Shown here: positions 44,535 to 55,054 of the stretch, in pieces
How positions within the stretch are numbered: position 1 is the first letter of the stretch
How the letters are laid out: the number at the start of each line of letters is the position of its first letter
Assembly: GCA_038206765.1 (NCBI GenBank)
Contig: JBBRAM010000007.1
Coordinates: forward strand, 73,895-137,894
Direction of reading: 5' to 3'
DNA: 64,000 nt
Source of the DNA: Burkholderiales bacterium
Lineage (GTDB): Bacteria; Pseudomonadota; Gammaproteobacteria; Burkholderiales; Usitatibacteraceae
Program-made: the position numbers and the translations under genes
Notes under the pieces: generated by a model
Seen by the model: only the letters and a program-made list of their open reading frames with translations
The model's database searches: none
Told to the model about the DNA's origin: nothing

Positions 44535-45173
44535 TCATTTAATAATGCGCAACTTCCCTCGTGGGGGACCCTTGGGTTTATCGCCTACCGATTTGCCACC
44601 TGCCGCTTGATCATCGGTCGGCATGTGGTTTGTATTTGTTGATTTATCGTTTGCAGTTTTATTGCCTTTTAGGCTTTTCCCGTCAGTGTCCAGATCGCGG
44701 GCCAAATGATCTGCAACTTGCTCTGTGGCCGGCCCTACTTCCGCAAAGGCACCGCTCGGCACCGATTGTAGCTGGGGCTGGGCTTGCAACTGTGGCTGCG
44801 GAACCAGCATTGGCGCGCCTTCTTGGGCAGTGGTAGATGTCGGCACCGACGTAAGCGGCGCCGGCTCCCGCTCAAAATGCATGCCCTGACCATTCTCGCG
44901 GGCAAAAATACTGGCGACGGCATAAATAGGGACCGCGATCTCACGCGACACACCGTTAAAACGGGCGGAAAATTGGATTAAATCATTACCAATCGTCAGA
45001 TCGCGCGTGGCCTGCATGCCAATCGATAAAACAATCTGCCCTTTCTTGACGTACTCCAGCGGCACGCGGGTGTTTTGATCAACATTCACGCCGATGTAGG
45101 GCGTAAAGCCGCAATCCGCACACCATTCGTAAATGGCGCGGATGAGGTAGGGCTTCGTGGAAAGTTCGGCCAT
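44535..45173 (-). CDS. sspB: ClpXP specificity-enhancing factor SspB
   Basis: KPYLIRAIYEWCADCGFTPYI N-terminus and C-terminal ClpX-binding LRIIK. A GGAGG-type RBS precedes ATG 45173. Confidence 0.9.
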   Translation of the reverse strand: MAELSTKPYLIRAIYEWCADCGFTPYIGVNVDQNTRVPLEYVKKGQIVLSIGMQATRDLTIGNDLIQFSARFNGVSREIAVPIYAVASIFARENGQGMHFEREPAPLTSVPTSTTAQEGAPMLVPQPQLQAQPQLQSVPSGAFAEVGPATEQVADHLARDLDTDGKSLKGNKTANDKSTNTNHMPTDDQAAGGKSVGDKPKGPPRGKLRIIK

Positions 45174-45236
45174 CGGAGGAATCTCAAAAACACCCATCGC
45201 CACGCAATTTGCCAGCGGCAGAGGGCGTCAGCGACA

Positions 45237-45836
45237 TTATTTGCGCATCGCTTTTTCGGAAGCGGTCATAGAATCAATAAACGCCTGGCGCGAGAATAAA
45301 CGCTCCGCGTATTTGAGTAGTGCGGCAGCGGTTTTGGGCATTTCAATTTGATAATGCTCCAAGCGCCACAAGAGTGGGGCAATCGCGACGTCGAGCATCG
45401 AAAACTCATCGCCCAGCATGTGTTTTTGTTTCACAAAGATAGGCGCGAGCTGAATCAAATTTTCACGCACATAGAGCCTCGCTTTATCATGGGTGTTGGA
45501 TTTGCCGCGCTCCAAGACATCAACATGGTTAAAAATTTCATTCTCCATGCGAAACAAAATCAAACGTGCGCGGGCACGCATAACGGGGTCAGCAGGCATC
45601 AATTGCGGGTGTGGGAAACGCTCGTCAATGTATTCATTGATGATGTTGGATTCATACAAAATCAAATCGCGCTCGACTAGCACTGGCGTGCGGTTGTAAG
45701 GATTCATGACGGCCAAATCCTCGGGCTTATTCATGAGATCGACATCCAAAATTTGGAAATCCATACCTTTTTCGTAGAGCACAATACGGCAACGGTGGCT
45801 AAACGGACAAGTGGTTCCGGAATAGAGCGTCATCAT
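45237..45836 (-). CDS. sspA: stringent starvation protein A (GST-like)
   Basis: MMTLYSGTTCPFSHRCRIVLYEKGM N-terminus. Immediately upstream of sspB. Confidence 0.9.
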   Translation of the reverse strand: MMTLYSGTTCPFSHRCRIVLYEKGMDFQILDVDLMNKPEDLAVMNPYNRTPVLVERDLILYESNIINEYIDERFPHPQLMPADPVMRARARLILFRMENEIFNHVDVLERGKSNTHDKARLYVRENLIQLAPIFVKQKHMLGDEFSMLDVAIAPLLWRLEHYQIEMPKTAAALLKYAERLFSRQAFIDSMTASEKAMRK

Positions 45837-45900
45837 GATGAATCACCAACTTTCTTTTTATACAACTTTATTAAACTTACAAAAACATACACATCAACAA

Positions 45901-45953
45901 AACCTAAAAATACGAAACCGCGCCGAATAGCTTTTCAGCTATTTCACGCGCGG
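45901..45953 (-). terminator. rho-independent terminator after petC
   Basis: Composite hairpin: CCGCGC 45918-45923 pairs with GCGCGG 45948-45953, and the inner stem is AATAGCT-TTTC-AGCTATT. On the minus-strand RNA a U-rich run follows (UUUCGUAUUUUU). Confidence 0.6.
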
Positions 45954-45975
45954 CGTTTACAGTCGTTAAGTAAAA

Positions 45976-46737
45976 CTACTTAACATCTTTCCAATATTCG
46001 CTCTTCAACCAAAGCGTGGCGAAAAACGCTAGCACCAAAAAGAACAATGCAATCACACCCAGCTGGTTGCGCTGTGGACGCGCTGGCTCCCCCATGTAAG
46101 TCAGATAGTTCACTAAGTCAGTCACGTAGGCGTCGTATTCAACAGGGGTCATCGTGCCTGGCTTGTCCATGGTGAGCTTCATGATCGGCTCCATGTGCTC
46201 GCCATGGCCTTTCTTTTCCCCAACTTTAGTCAGTACCTGCGTACCTTGCAGCTCATGCAAAATATGCGGCATACCTACATTTTTGAATACTGCGTTATTC
46301 CAGCCAGTGGGGCTGGCATCGTCGCGATAATAACTACGCAGATAGGTATAAAGCCAATCCGAACCACGAACGCGAGCAACGAGGGTAAGGTCGGGTGGCA
46401 GCTTACCGAACCATTCTTTTGCGTCTTTGGGATCAAGCGCCGAAACCATGCTGTCCGCTATCTTATCGGTAGTGAACATTAAGTTTTTCTTGACCTGATC
46501 TTCGGTCAAACCGATTTGCGTCAAATGGCTATAGCGCATGAATTGGGCGTTATGGCAATTCAGGCAATTATTGACGAACGTTTTTGCACCGCGCTGCAAA
46601 GAAGCCATATTTTGCAGGTTGATCGGCGCGGCATCGAGGCGGACCTCTTCAGTATTGGCAGCAGCAAATCCTGCGACGCCGATAAAAGCCGACGCGAGCA
46701 GCGGCGCAATGACGCGTTTTTGAATTGAGGTTTTCAT
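45976..46737 (-). CDS. petC: cytochrome c1
   Basis: Signal peptide, CLNCH heme motif, C-terminal TM anchor. Confidence 0.9.
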   Translation of the reverse strand: MKTSIQKRVIAPLLASAFIGVAGFAAANTEEVRLDAAPINLQNMASLQRGAKTFVNNCLNCHNAQFMRYSHLTQIGLTEDQVKKNLMFTTDKIADSMVSALDPKDAKEWFGKLPPDLTLVARVRGSDWLYTYLRSYYRDDASPTGWNNAVFKNVGMPHILHELQGTQVLTKVGEKKGHGEHMEPIMKLTMDKPGTMTPVEYDAYVTDLVNYLTYMGEPARPQRNQLGVIALFFLVLAFFATLWLKSEYWKDVK

Positions 46738-48056
46738 GAGTAATTAACCCGTGCTGGTTCTGGTTTTTCTTTATCGATTTTGGTGTACCAAGGCATCAGG
46801 ATAAAGAACGAGAAATAGACCACTGTCAAGATGCGCGACACCAAGGTTGCGGTATCCACACCACCCACAAGCGGTAAACCCTTCGCCAGCTGACCCCAAA
46901 CGGTCGTTGGCACCACCCCTAGATAACCCAGCACCAAAAAACTCACCACAAATGCAGCCAAAAATCCTTTGTAAATGGGGCCACGATACCGCACGGAGCG
47001 TACGTTGCCGCGATCCAGCCATGGCAACAGGAACAAAATCATCGTCGCGCCACCCATCACGGCCACGCCGGGAAATTGCGAGCCGAACATGGAAGGCACG
47101 GCACGCAACATCGCATAGAAGGGCGTGAAATACCAAACTGGCGCGATGTGCGCTGGCGTAACGAGCGGATCCGCCGGTACAAAATTAGGCGCTTCCAAAA
47201 AGTAACCGCCCATCTCCGGCGCGAAGAAGACGATGGTCGTGAACACACCCAGGAACACCACCACACCGACCAAATCCTTTACGGTGTAATAAGGGTGGAA
47301 TGGAATGCCGTCCAGCGGGGTACCGTTCTGGGGATCTTTGTTTTTCTTGATGTCGATACCGTCCGGGTTATTGGAACCGACTTCATGCAACGCCACCAGA
47401 TGTGCCGCGACCAAGCCCAGCAACACCATCGGCAGGGCAATGACGTGGAATGCGAAGAAGCGGTTGAGGGTGGCATCACCAATGTTGTAATCGCCGCGAA
47501 TCCAAACTGCCAAATCTTCACCAATAATCGGGATTGAGCCGAACAAATTGATAATCACCTGCGCGCCCCAGTACGACATTTGTCCCCAAGGTAGGAGGTA
47601 GCCGAAAAACGCCTCGGCCATCAGCGCCAGATAAATCATGCAGCCGAAAATCCACAGCAATTCGCGCGGCTTGCGATACGATCCATACATTAGACCGCGC
47701 ATCATGTGTAAGTACACCACGAGGAAAAACATCGATGCGCCGGTGGAATGCATATAGCGAATTAACCAGCCCCAGGAAACATCACGCATGATGTATTCAA
47801 CCGACGCAAAAGCGAACTTAGCGTCGGGTTTGTAGTTCATTGTCAGGAAAATGCCGGTGACAATCTGCATCACTAAAATCAGTAATGCGAGTGAGCCGAA
47901 GTAGTACCAGAAATTAAAGTTTTTGGGCGCGTAATACTCACCCAAATGCTCGTTATAAAGCTTGGAAAGCGGGAATCGATCATCGACCCAGCCCAACGCC
48001 TTACCGGCTAGGCCACCAAGCTGCGGTTTGGCGGGTGTTTGTGGAATGCTGGCCAT
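46734..48056 (-). CDS. petB: cytochrome b
   Basis: WGWLIRYMHSTGASMFF, PEWY-equivalent APVWYFTPFYA, 440 aa, multi-TM. Confidence 0.95.
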   Translation of the reverse strand: MASIPQTPAKPQLGGLAGKALGWVDDRFPLSKLYNEHLGEYYAPKNFNFWYYFGSLALLILVMQIVTGIFLTMNYKPDAKFAFASVEYIMRDVSWGWLIRYMHSTGASMFFLVVYLHMMRGLMYGSYRKPRELLWIFGCMIYLALMAEAFFGYLLPWGQMSYWGAQVIINLFGSIPIIGEDLAVWIRGDYNIGDATLNRFFAFHVIALPMVLLGLVAAHLVALHEVGSNNPDGIDIKKNKDPQNGTPLDGIPFHPYYTVKDLVGVVVFLGVFTTIVFFAPEMGGYFLEAPNFVPADPLVTPAHIAPVWYFTPFYAMLRAVPSMFGSQFPGVAVMGGATMILFLLPWLDRGNVRSVRYRGPIYKGFLAAFVVSFLVLGYLGVVPTTVWGQLAKGLPLVGGVDTATLVSRILTVVYFSFFILMPWYTKIDKEKPEPARVNYS

Positions 48057-48059
48057 ACG

Positions 48060-48662
48060 TTATGCTCCTTTGGGATCTTCGCCGATCATCAACAGCGTAT
48101 CGGAGACGAATGTGTACGAGGGAATTGCGAGATTCAATGGTGCGGGCATCCCTTTAAAAACACGGCCAGCCAAATCGAATTTGGATTGATGACACGGGCA
48201 GAAAAATCCGCCCGGCCAGTCGGCACCTAAGTCAGCGGCACCAATTTCTTTGCGAAGCGTTGGAGAGCAGCCCAAATGCGTGCAAACGCCTTTGGCGATA
48301 AACCATTCTTCTTTAATTGAACGTCCTGCGCCCTTCACATAGGAGGGCTGTTTGCTACTTTTGCAATCTGGATCAGAAAGCAACGCGTCGTTTTTGGCAA
48401 GCTGGGCAATCATTTCGGGCGTGCGACGCAAAATCCAGTGTGGTGCGCCACGAAATTCAACCGTCAACATTTGGCCAGGCTCAATGGTGCCCAGGGGAAC
48501 CGGTACGGCCGCGCCCGCGGCCAGTGCGCGCGCGGATGGTTTCATACTAACGGCCAGCGGTATGGCAACGGAAGCCGCCGCGATAGCGCCGACGCCAGCG
48601 GAAGCAGCAATTAAAATACGGCGTTTTTTAGGGTCAACTTCGTCTAGGACAATTGCGCTCAT
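48060..48662 (-). CDS. petA: ubiquinol-cytochrome c reductase Rieske iron-sulfur subunit
   Basis: Twin-arginine-like KKRRILI leader. Rieske boxes CTHLGCSP and CPCHQSKF. Confidence 0.95.
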   Translation of the reverse strand: MSAIVLDEVDPKKRRILIAASAGVGAIAAASVAIPLAVSMKPSARALAAGAAVPVPLGTIEPGQMLTVEFRGAPHWILRRTPEMIAQLAKNDALLSDPDCKSSKQPSYVKGAGRSIKEEWFIAKGVCTHLGCSPTLRKEIGAADLGADWPGGFFCPCHQSKFDLAGRVFKGMPAPLNLAIPSYTFVSDTLLMIGEDPKGA

Positions 48663-49240
48663 AAGCAGTCTCGTGGTGTTTGTGGTGAATCTAGGTTGAA
48701 TCGGTGTTAGCTTTCCTTGATCTTATGGCAGCAAGATCGTGAACGAATAATTGCACTTGAAATGAGCGCAACAATCGAGATAAGCACAGAACTGCTATTT
48801 TAGCTGAACCGAACAATAAACTTAAGCCCCCTGAGGAAGATTGTGGCCTGAATTCTCGGATTTATCGGCAGTTTTGGCTTGGTTGCCATAGTTAGGCGGC
48901 TTACTAGCGCGTTCGCGACGGCGCAAGCAAGTAAATAAAATCGAATCCGAAACGGAAAAAGTAGATAACAAGCACCGCCGAGCGCTATGAGGGCAATATA
49001 AGGGCGACATAAGACAGAAAAGACAGAAGACAGGCGCTTTGGGCCGTCGGCGCCAATGAGGGTTCGTTGCTGTAAGCGACTAGCGAAGACCAATTTCAAT
49101 GCAGAGCGGCCTATTCGAACGCGTTAAGCGAGGATGCTAAAGTCACTTTCTGTGTCGTTTATTGACACCACAACCCCAGACGAATACATTCATTGAGCCT
49201 CACTTATCGGCATCAATCCACGTTAAAAAAGGGACTAAAT

Positions 49241-49654
49241 ATGAGCTTTTCTTCGGAATTCAAAGAGTTTGCAGTGAAGGGCAGCGTGATGGACTTGGCG
49301 GTCGGCGTCATTATTGGCGCAGCATTTGGCAAAATTGTTGATTCCGTTGTGGGCGATTTGATCATGCCGATCGTCGGCAAGATCTTCGGGGGCCTCGATT
49401 TTTCAAATATGTTCATCGGCCTCAACAACCAAGCGACCGGCTTGACGTTGGTGGAAGCAAAAAAATTAGGCGCTGTTTTCGCTTACGGTAATTTCATCAC
49501 GGTGGTGATCAATTTTGCTATTTTGGCGCTCATCATTTTTATGCTCGTCAAGCAAATGAATAAAATGAAAAAAGATGCACCACCCGCAGCGCCCGCGCCA
49601 ACACCGGAAGACGTGGTTTTACTGCGCGAAATACGCGACTCGCTAAAAAAATAA
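49241..49654 (+). CDS. mscL: large-conductance mechanosensitive channel
   Basis: [34 protein letters not shown]-terminus. Start set at ATG 49241. Confidence 0.9.
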   Translation: MSFSSEFKEFAVKGSVMDLAVGVIIGAAFGKIVDSVVGDLIMPIVGKIFGGLDFSNMFIGLNNQATGLTLVEAKKLGAVFAYGNFITVVINFAILALIIFMLVKQMNKMKKDAPPAAPAPTPEDVVLLREIRDSLKK

Positions 49655-49747
49655 GCCTCGTAAAGCAATCCTTATTATCTCGTGGGTCTAGGACGACAAC
49701 GCTGCAAAAAGCACAATTAACCCTGCGTTTTACTTACTTTGCGTTAC

Positions 49748-49783
49748 AAACAGGGCATTCCACCGGGATGCCCTGTTTGTTTT
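49748..49783 (+). terminator. rho-independent terminator after mscL
   Basis: Perfect 11-bp stem AAACAGGGCAT / ATGCCCTGTTT with a 9-nt loop, followed by a T-rich run. It lies inside the ORF-track N-terminal extension of the protease ORF, which argues for the later protease start. Confidence 0.7.
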
Positions 49784-49855
49784 GAGCGTTGTTTTTTTCA
49801 CGCCCCGCCCCCATACTCATTGAATGGATTTTCGTTTCCGCAACAATTTTCACGA

Positions 49856-51073
49856 ATGCCAACTTTTTATAGAAACACTATGCGCCGTCTTTGGGTTATT
49901 TTTGCTGAGTTTGTCACCATCACACTGGCGATTGTTTTCGTTGTCACGTTGATTCGTCCCGATTGGAATCCGTGGCGCAAAAACGTCGTGGAGATTCGCG
50001 AATCATCCGCGTCGGGTGGGTTACTAAGCGTCAGCGCCAATTCAAACAGCGCTATCCGACTAACCTACGCCGAAGCCGCCAAAAGGGCGATGGTCTCAGT
50101 CGTCAATGTTTCGTCATCCCGTGAAATGAAACTCCCCAAGGGGCACCCGCTACAAGGTGACCCGTTGCTGCGCAAATTCTTGCCGCCGCAAGACGGCGGT
50201 GACGGCGATTCTGAAGCCGAGCAACAGGCAGGCCTCGGCTCTGGCGTCATTGTCAGCGCTGACGATAAAGGTGGGTATGTACTTACAAACGATCACGTCG
50301 TCAACGGCGCTAACACCATCCAGATCTCATTTGCCGACGGCCGGGTGATCCCCGCCAAAGTGATCGGCACCGACCCCGAGAGCGATTTGGCGGTGCTGCG
50401 GGTTGAGGGCAAAGACCTCACGCCCATCACTTTCGGCCAATCCGAAAAAGCACAAGTGGGCGACGTGGTGCTTGCCGTTGGTGATCCATTTGGCGTGGGC
50501 CAAACCGTCACCATGGGCATTGTCAGCGCCTTGGGACGCAACCGCCTGGGCGTAAATCGATATGAAAATTTTATCCAAACCGATGCGGCTATCAACCCCG
50601 GCAATTCGGGCGGCGCGTTAGTGGACATAAACGGCAATCTGATCGGCATCAACAGCGTCATTTATTCCCAATCTGGTGGCTCGCTCGGCATTGGCTTTGC
50701 AATTCCAGTTTCGATGGCCAAGGGCGTAATGGAACAAATTATCTCGGAGGGCTCGGTCACACGCGGTTTTGTCGGCATCACGCCAAAAGACATCACCCCT
50801 GAGTTGGCCGACGCCCTTAAGCTGCCGGTTGCGCGCGGCGCCTTGGTTGAGAACGTCAGCAAAGGCTCGCCTGGCGATATCGCCGGACTCAAGGCGGGCG
50901 ACGTGATTACTGCGATCGATGGCAAATTGATTCAAGACAGCGTGGCTGCCATGGCAGTCATTGCTGCGCTTAAGCCGGGTGTCGCGATCCCATTTTTGCT
51001 GGTTCGCAACCAGCGAGAGAACACGGTGACAGTCAATATCGGTAAACGGCCAAGGGTGCAGCGCGGGCGGTAA
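49856..51073 (+). CDS. S1C (DegS/AlgW/DegQ-type) serine endoprotease with one PDZ domain
   Basis: N-terminal TM. Catalytic triad context TNDHVV, DLAVLRV, GNSGGAL. C-terminal PDZ (GSPGDIAGLKAGDVITAIDG). The start is 49856 or 49880. Confidence 0.85.
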   Translation: MPTFYRNTMRRLWVIFAEFVTITLAIVFVVTLIRPDWNPWRKNVVEIRESSASGGLLSVSANSNSAIRLTYAEAAKRAMVSVVNVSSSREMKLPKGHPLQGDPLLRKFLPPQDGGDGDSEAEQQAGLGSGVIVSADDKGGYVLTNDHVVNGANTIQISFADGRVIPAKVIGTDPESDLAVLRVEGKDLTPITFGQSEKAQVGDVVLAVGDPFGVGQTVTMGIVSALGRNRLGVNRYENFIQTDAAINPGNSGGALVDINGNLIGINSVIYSQSGGSLGIGFAIPVSMAKGVMEQIISEGSVTRGFVGITPKDITPELADALKLPVARGALVENVSKGSPGDIAGLKAGDVITAIDGKLIQDSVAAMAVIAALKPGVAIPFLLVRNQRENTVTVNIGKRPRVQRGR

Positions 51074-51180
51074 AACCGAAACTATAAGCTGAGTCGCGAT
51101 TTTTCCGTTTCCAGCAGGACTTAACTGGTCTAGGCTTTTTGTTATCTTTTATGCTGCCGTTTCATCCGTCTTACCCGCAG

Positions 51181-51954
51181 TCAATTTGCAGCGGGCTCAG
51201 CCTCTGCGACCTTCGCCTTCACAAAAAACTGCGCAAAAATAATCCCGATTTCATACAGGATACAAAGCGGGATTGCGAGCGCAAACATCGACGCCGCATC
51301 GGGCGGGGTGGCTATTGCCGACACGCCGAAGGCGCCAACCATCACGTAACCGCGTACTTCGCGGAGCTTTTTTACACTCACCAAGCCGGTTGCCACCAGC
51401 ACTACAACCACGATGGGTGTCTCAAACGCCAAGCCGAACGCGAGAAACATACCAAGCACAAAGTTGAGATAATTTTCGATGTCGGGGGCAACAGTAATCG
51501 AACTTGGCGCAATTTGCGCAATGAAGCTGAATACCATTTTGAAGACCACAAAATAGCAAAACGCCATGCCCACATAAAATAACAATGTGCTGCTAAAAAT
51601 CAGCGGGAGTACAAAGCGCTTTTCGTGTTTATAAAGACCGGGGGCTACAAATGCCCAAGCCTGGTACAAAATCACCGGTAGTGCCACCAAAAAGGCGACA
51701 AGCATGGCTATTTGGAACGGAATCATAAACGGCGAGATTACGCCCGTGGCGATCATTTTTGAGCCTGCGGGCAGCGCACTTATCATCGGTTGCGCCACAA
51801 AATCGTAGAGCTTCCCGGCGATAAACCACGGCGGCGTTACCAGCGGGATCAACACGACTACCCACGCAAATGCCGCTATGACCAAGCGGCTGCGTAACTC
51901 AATCAAATGCGAAACGAACGTATCTTGGTTAATGGCTTCAGTTTCCGAATTCAT
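51181..51954 (-). CDS. tatC: twin-arginine translocase subunit TatC
   Basis: HLIELRSRL N-terminus, six-TM pattern, 4-nt overlap with tatB. Confidence 0.93.
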   Translation of the reverse strand: MNSETEAINQDTFVSHLIELRSRLVIAAFAWVVVLIPLVTPPWFIAGKLYDFVAQPMISALPAGSKMIATGVISPFMIPFQIAMLVAFLVALPVILYQAWAFVAPGLYKHEKRFVLPLIFSSTLLFYVGMAFCYFVVFKMVFSFIAQIAPSSITVAPDIENYLNFVLGMFLAFGLAFETPIVVVVLVATGLVSVKKLREVRGYVMVGAFGVSAIATPPDAASMFALAIPLCILYEIGIIFAQFFVKAKVAEAEPAAN

Positions 51955-52532
51955 AACGATACGGGTACAGCATTCGCTGCCGGCGCTGTTGTGAACACGG
52001 GGCGTTTTTCTTCTATACCGAAATCAAATAACCCTTGGCCAAAATGTTCGGCGGGGGCAACTGATTCATTACTTGATATTGCCTCAAACCCAAGCGCCGG
52101 TGCGGCGGCGCGATGGAGCCCCCCTTCTGTAACCGGGGCACTTGTTTGAGCGGCTGCCAGGTAACTGGTTGAATCGAGAGCAACCATTTCAGGGGATGCC
52201 AACGGCGACATTTCTGACGTTGGGGCAGTGCCGCCTATCGTGATTCGCGCCGATTCTTCCAGTGATTTCGCTTCCGTCTTGAAATCGCTTGCCTGCTGTT
52301 GCACTGTCTGCTCGAAGGAACGCGCCGCGTCGACCACTTCTTTTTTTAGGTTCGCCAATTCGGAAGATTCAATCTCGCGGGCAATATCGGCTTTCACACC
52401 GTTCACATAGCGCTGCAAACGGCCAAACAAGTGCCCCGCCGTCTTCGCGACTTTCGGCAGGCGCTCGGGTCCGAGCACCACCAGCGCGACTGCGCCAATA
52501 ACGGCGATTTTAAAAAAACTAATATCAAACAT
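51951..52532 (-). CDS. tatB: twin-arginine translocase subunit TatB
   Basis: MFDISFFKIAVIGAVALVVLGPERLPKVA N-terminus. Confidence 0.88.
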   Translation of the reverse strand: MFDISFFKIAVIGAVALVVLGPERLPKVAKTAGHLFGRLQRYVNGVKADIAREIESSELANLKKEVVDAARSFEQTVQQQASDFKTEAKSLEESARITIGGTAPTSEMSPLASPEMVALDSTSYLAAAQTSAPVTEGGLHRAAAPALGFEAISSNESVAPAEHFGQGLFDFGIEEKRPVFTTAPAANAVPVSL

Positions 52533-52625
52533 AGCGGGAGTGTGGCGTCACGGTACTCGGGCAAAATATAACGATGCGACCGCAAATTATCCTAATCAAG
52601 CGCACCGCGGTAACGTTCGCAACGA

Positions 52626-52853
52626 CTAAGACTTTAGTTTTTCTTTGACTTCGCCTTCAACGGTCTGGCCGGACTTTTCAGCTGCGAGTTGCTCGGTTTT
52701 TTTATCGGCATCCTCAGGCTTCATGCTGTCTTTAAAGTTTTTGACCGCACCGCCCAGGTCGCCGCCGATATTGCGTAATTTTTTCGTCCCGAATACCAAC
52801 AGAACGATCACTAACAAAATGATCCAGTGTGTAACGCTGCCAAAACCGCCCAT
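52626..52853 (-). CDS. tatA: twin-arginine translocase subunit TatA
   Basis: [30 protein letters not shown]. Confidence 0.93.
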   Translation of the reverse strand: MGGFGSVTHWIILLVIVLLVFGTKKLRNIGGDLGGAVKNFKDSMKPEDADKKTEQLAAEKSGQTVEGEVKEKLKS

Positions 52854-53043
52854 AAGAATCTCCTCTAAAAGTTTTCCGCATCATTCGCGGTCTAACCACG
52901 CTAGCAATGCGGGCTGAAAAACGAACAGCCTTGAATCTCGCTAAGCTGCTTTAAGCTTCGTTAAGCTTTCGCAACGCTTTACCCACTAGCTTTGACTTGC
53001 TGGCGGCGGTGATCGTTCCCGTCGCCCATTCAATAATCAGGGG

Positions 53044-53409
53044 CTAACCGCCCATCACTCGCAACGCGGCAGAGCCGGGGCGATTGCCAAACACATGAAT
53101 ATGCAAATGATACACTTCTTGCCCACCTAACTTGCCGGTATTAATCGCCGTGCGAAAACCATGCGTTAAGCCCTGCTCTTTTGCCAGCACGGGCGCCATA
53201 CCGAGCAGCTTGCCCAACAGTGCAGAATCGTCAGGTTTAACATCGGCCAATGTTGGGATAAATTTTTTCGGAATAATCAAAAAATGGACTTCCGCAACTG
53301 GGTGAATATCGTGAAAAGCGAAAATTTCATCGTCTTCGTAGATTTTTTTGCACGCGATCTCTCCGCGCAAAATTTTGCCAAAGATCGTTGGATTATCTAA
53401 ATGGTTCAT
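53044..53409 (-). CDS. histidine triad (HIT) nucleotide-binding protein
   Basis: HLHIHVFG histidine triad, 121 aa. Confidence 0.88.
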   Translation of the reverse strand: MNHLDNPTIFGKILRGEIACKKIYEDDEIFAFHDIHPVAEVHFLIIPKKFIPTLADVKPDDSALLGKLLGMAPVLAKEQGLTHGFRTAINTGKLGGQEVYHLHIHVFGNRPGSAALRVMGG

Positions 53410-53415
53410 GTTGTT

Positions 53416-53736
53416 CTACTTTTCTTGTCTTGCGTTTTTTTCATCAATACCGGAGACACCTTCGCGGCGATTCAGCTCTGCCAACACATCGGACAATTCA
53501 ATATTTTGGTGTCCCAGCATGACGAGCAGGTGAAACAGCAAATCGGCGGCTTCATAAACCGTCCCGTCACGATCTCCCGATTTTGCAGCGATGATCGTTT
53601 CCACCGCTTCTTCTCCGAGCTTTTTCAGGATCGTATCCAACCCTTTGGCGTGTAATTTCGCTACGTAAGACGACTCAGGAGCAACATTTTTGCGGGCCGC
53701 GATAGTCGCTTCGAGTTTTTGCAAAGTATCGTTCAT
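53416..53736 (-). CDS. hisE: phosphoribosyl-ATP diphosphatase
   Basis: SYVAKLHAKGLDTILKKLGEEAVETIIAAK and EAADLLFHLLVML. Confidence 0.9.
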   Translation of the reverse strand: MNDTLQKLEATIAARKNVAPESSYVAKLHAKGLDTILKKLGEEAVETIIAAKSGDRDGTVYEAADLLFHLLVMLGHQNIELSDVLAELNRREGVSGIDEKNARQEK

Positions 53737-53782
53737 AATTTTAATTGGGCTTTTAATCGGCCTTTTTAGTTAATCGGCCTGC

Positions 53783-54178
53783 TTAATCTGTTTTAAAATT
53801 TCTGGGGGAGGTCAGCACCGTCATGCCAGGATCAGCTACCCATTCGCCACGATCGTTTACCTTGAAAAAACAATTCGCTCGTCCCGTATGGCATGCGATG
53901 CCGCCTACTTGCTCCACCATTAACAAAATGGTGTCGCCATCGCAATCAAGCCGAATTGATTTTACATGCTGAATGTGGCCGGACGATTCACCTTTTTTCC
54001 ACAGCGCTTGACGAGAGCGTGACCAATAGTGCGCATCGCCGGTTTCAATTGTTAGCGCAAGGGATTCACGGCTCATCCACGCCATCATCAGCACGTCCTT
54101 CGTCGTAGCATCTTGGGCAATGGCGGCAACTAGGTCTTGGTCGTTCCACTTAATGGCGGCTGCCAACGTCGTACTCAT
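53783..54178 (-). CDS. hisI: phosphoribosyl-AMP cyclohydrolase
   Basis: [10 protein letters not shown]...[16 protein letters not shown] and DCDGDTILL. Confidence 0.9.
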   Translation of the reverse strand: MSTTLAAAIKWNDQDLVAAIAQDATTKDVLMMAWMSRESLALTIETGDAHYWSRSRQALWKKGESSGHIQHVKSIRLDCDGDTILLMVEQVGGIACHTGRANCFFKVNDRGEWVADPGMTVLTSPRNFKTD

Positions 54179-54939
54179 AATCGCATCTCAATCCCACGCG
54201 CCGCCAAATGCTGCTTCGCCTGTCGCACCGTAAATTCACCAAAGTGAAAGATCGAGGCGGCCAATACCGCATCGGCTTTGCCTTCAATCACGCCATTCGC
54301 CAAATCATCCAACGTGCCGACACCGCCCGACGCAATCACGGGCACGCTCACGGCCTCGGCGACCGCACGGGTGAGCGCTAAATCAAAACCGGATTTGGTG
54401 CCGTCACGATCCATGCTGGTAAGCAAAATTTCGCCCGCGCCGAGTGCGTTCATGTGCCGCGCCCATTCGACGACATCGAGCCCGGTTGCTTTGCGGCCAC
54501 CGTGGGTGAAGACTTCCCAGCCGCCACTATTGTCCGTTTTTTTCCGTGCATCAATCGCCACTACGATCGCCTGCGAACCGAATTTACTGGCGGCTTCTTT
54601 CACTAACTGCGGGTTCGTGACCGCTGAAGTATTGATGCTGATTTTGTCCGCGCCGGCGTTGAGCAGACGGCGTACATCATTCACCTCGCGCACGCCGCCG
54701 CCGACCGTGAGCGGAATAAAAACTTGCTCGGCCACGCGCTCGATAATATCCAGAATCAAACCGCGTTGATCGGAGCTTGCAGTGATGTCGAGGAAGGTGA
54801 TTTCATCTGCGCCTTCGTCGTTGTATTTTTTGGCGATTTCAACCGGATCGCCCGCGTCGCGCAAATTTAAAAAATTAACGCCTTTGACAACACGGCCAGC
54901 GTTAACGTCGAGACAGGGAATGATGCGTTTAGCTAACAT
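54175..54939 (-). CDS. hisF: imidazole glycerol phosphate synthase cyclase subunit
   Basis: [13 protein letters not shown]-terminus, [21 protein letters not shown]. Confidence 0.95.
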   Translation of the reverse strand: MLAKRIIPCLDVNAGRVVKGVNFLNLRDAGDPVEIAKKYNDEGADEITFLDITASSDQRGLILDIIERVAEQVFIPLTVGGGVREVNDVRRLLNAGADKISINTSAVTNPQLVKEAASKFGSQAIVVAIDARKKTDNSGGWEVFTHGGRKATGLDVVEWARHMNALGAGEILLTSMDRDGTKSGFDLALTRAVAEAVSVPVIASGGVGTLDDLANGVIEGKADAVLAASIFHFGEFTVRQAKQHLAARGIEMRL

Positions 54940-55054
54940 AGTAAGTCTAGAGTGGGCGCGGCGTTTCAGTCATTAATGCCTGAAGAACCGCTTCAGTGCT
55001 GGGGATTTAATGTCTTCGGCGCAGGCGTAGCTGCGCAACTACGGCTACGAACAA

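Noticed and set aside
48800-49099. 99-aa minus-strand ORF between petA and mscL as a real gene.
   Set aside because: It has no recognisable family, no clear RBS and an atypical composition. I keep it only as a low-interest item in the findings, not as a feature.
52920-52990. Repeated taagct motifs between tatA and the HIT gene.
   Set aside because: These are only three loosely spaced hexamers with no dyad or consistent spacing. They are probably chance.
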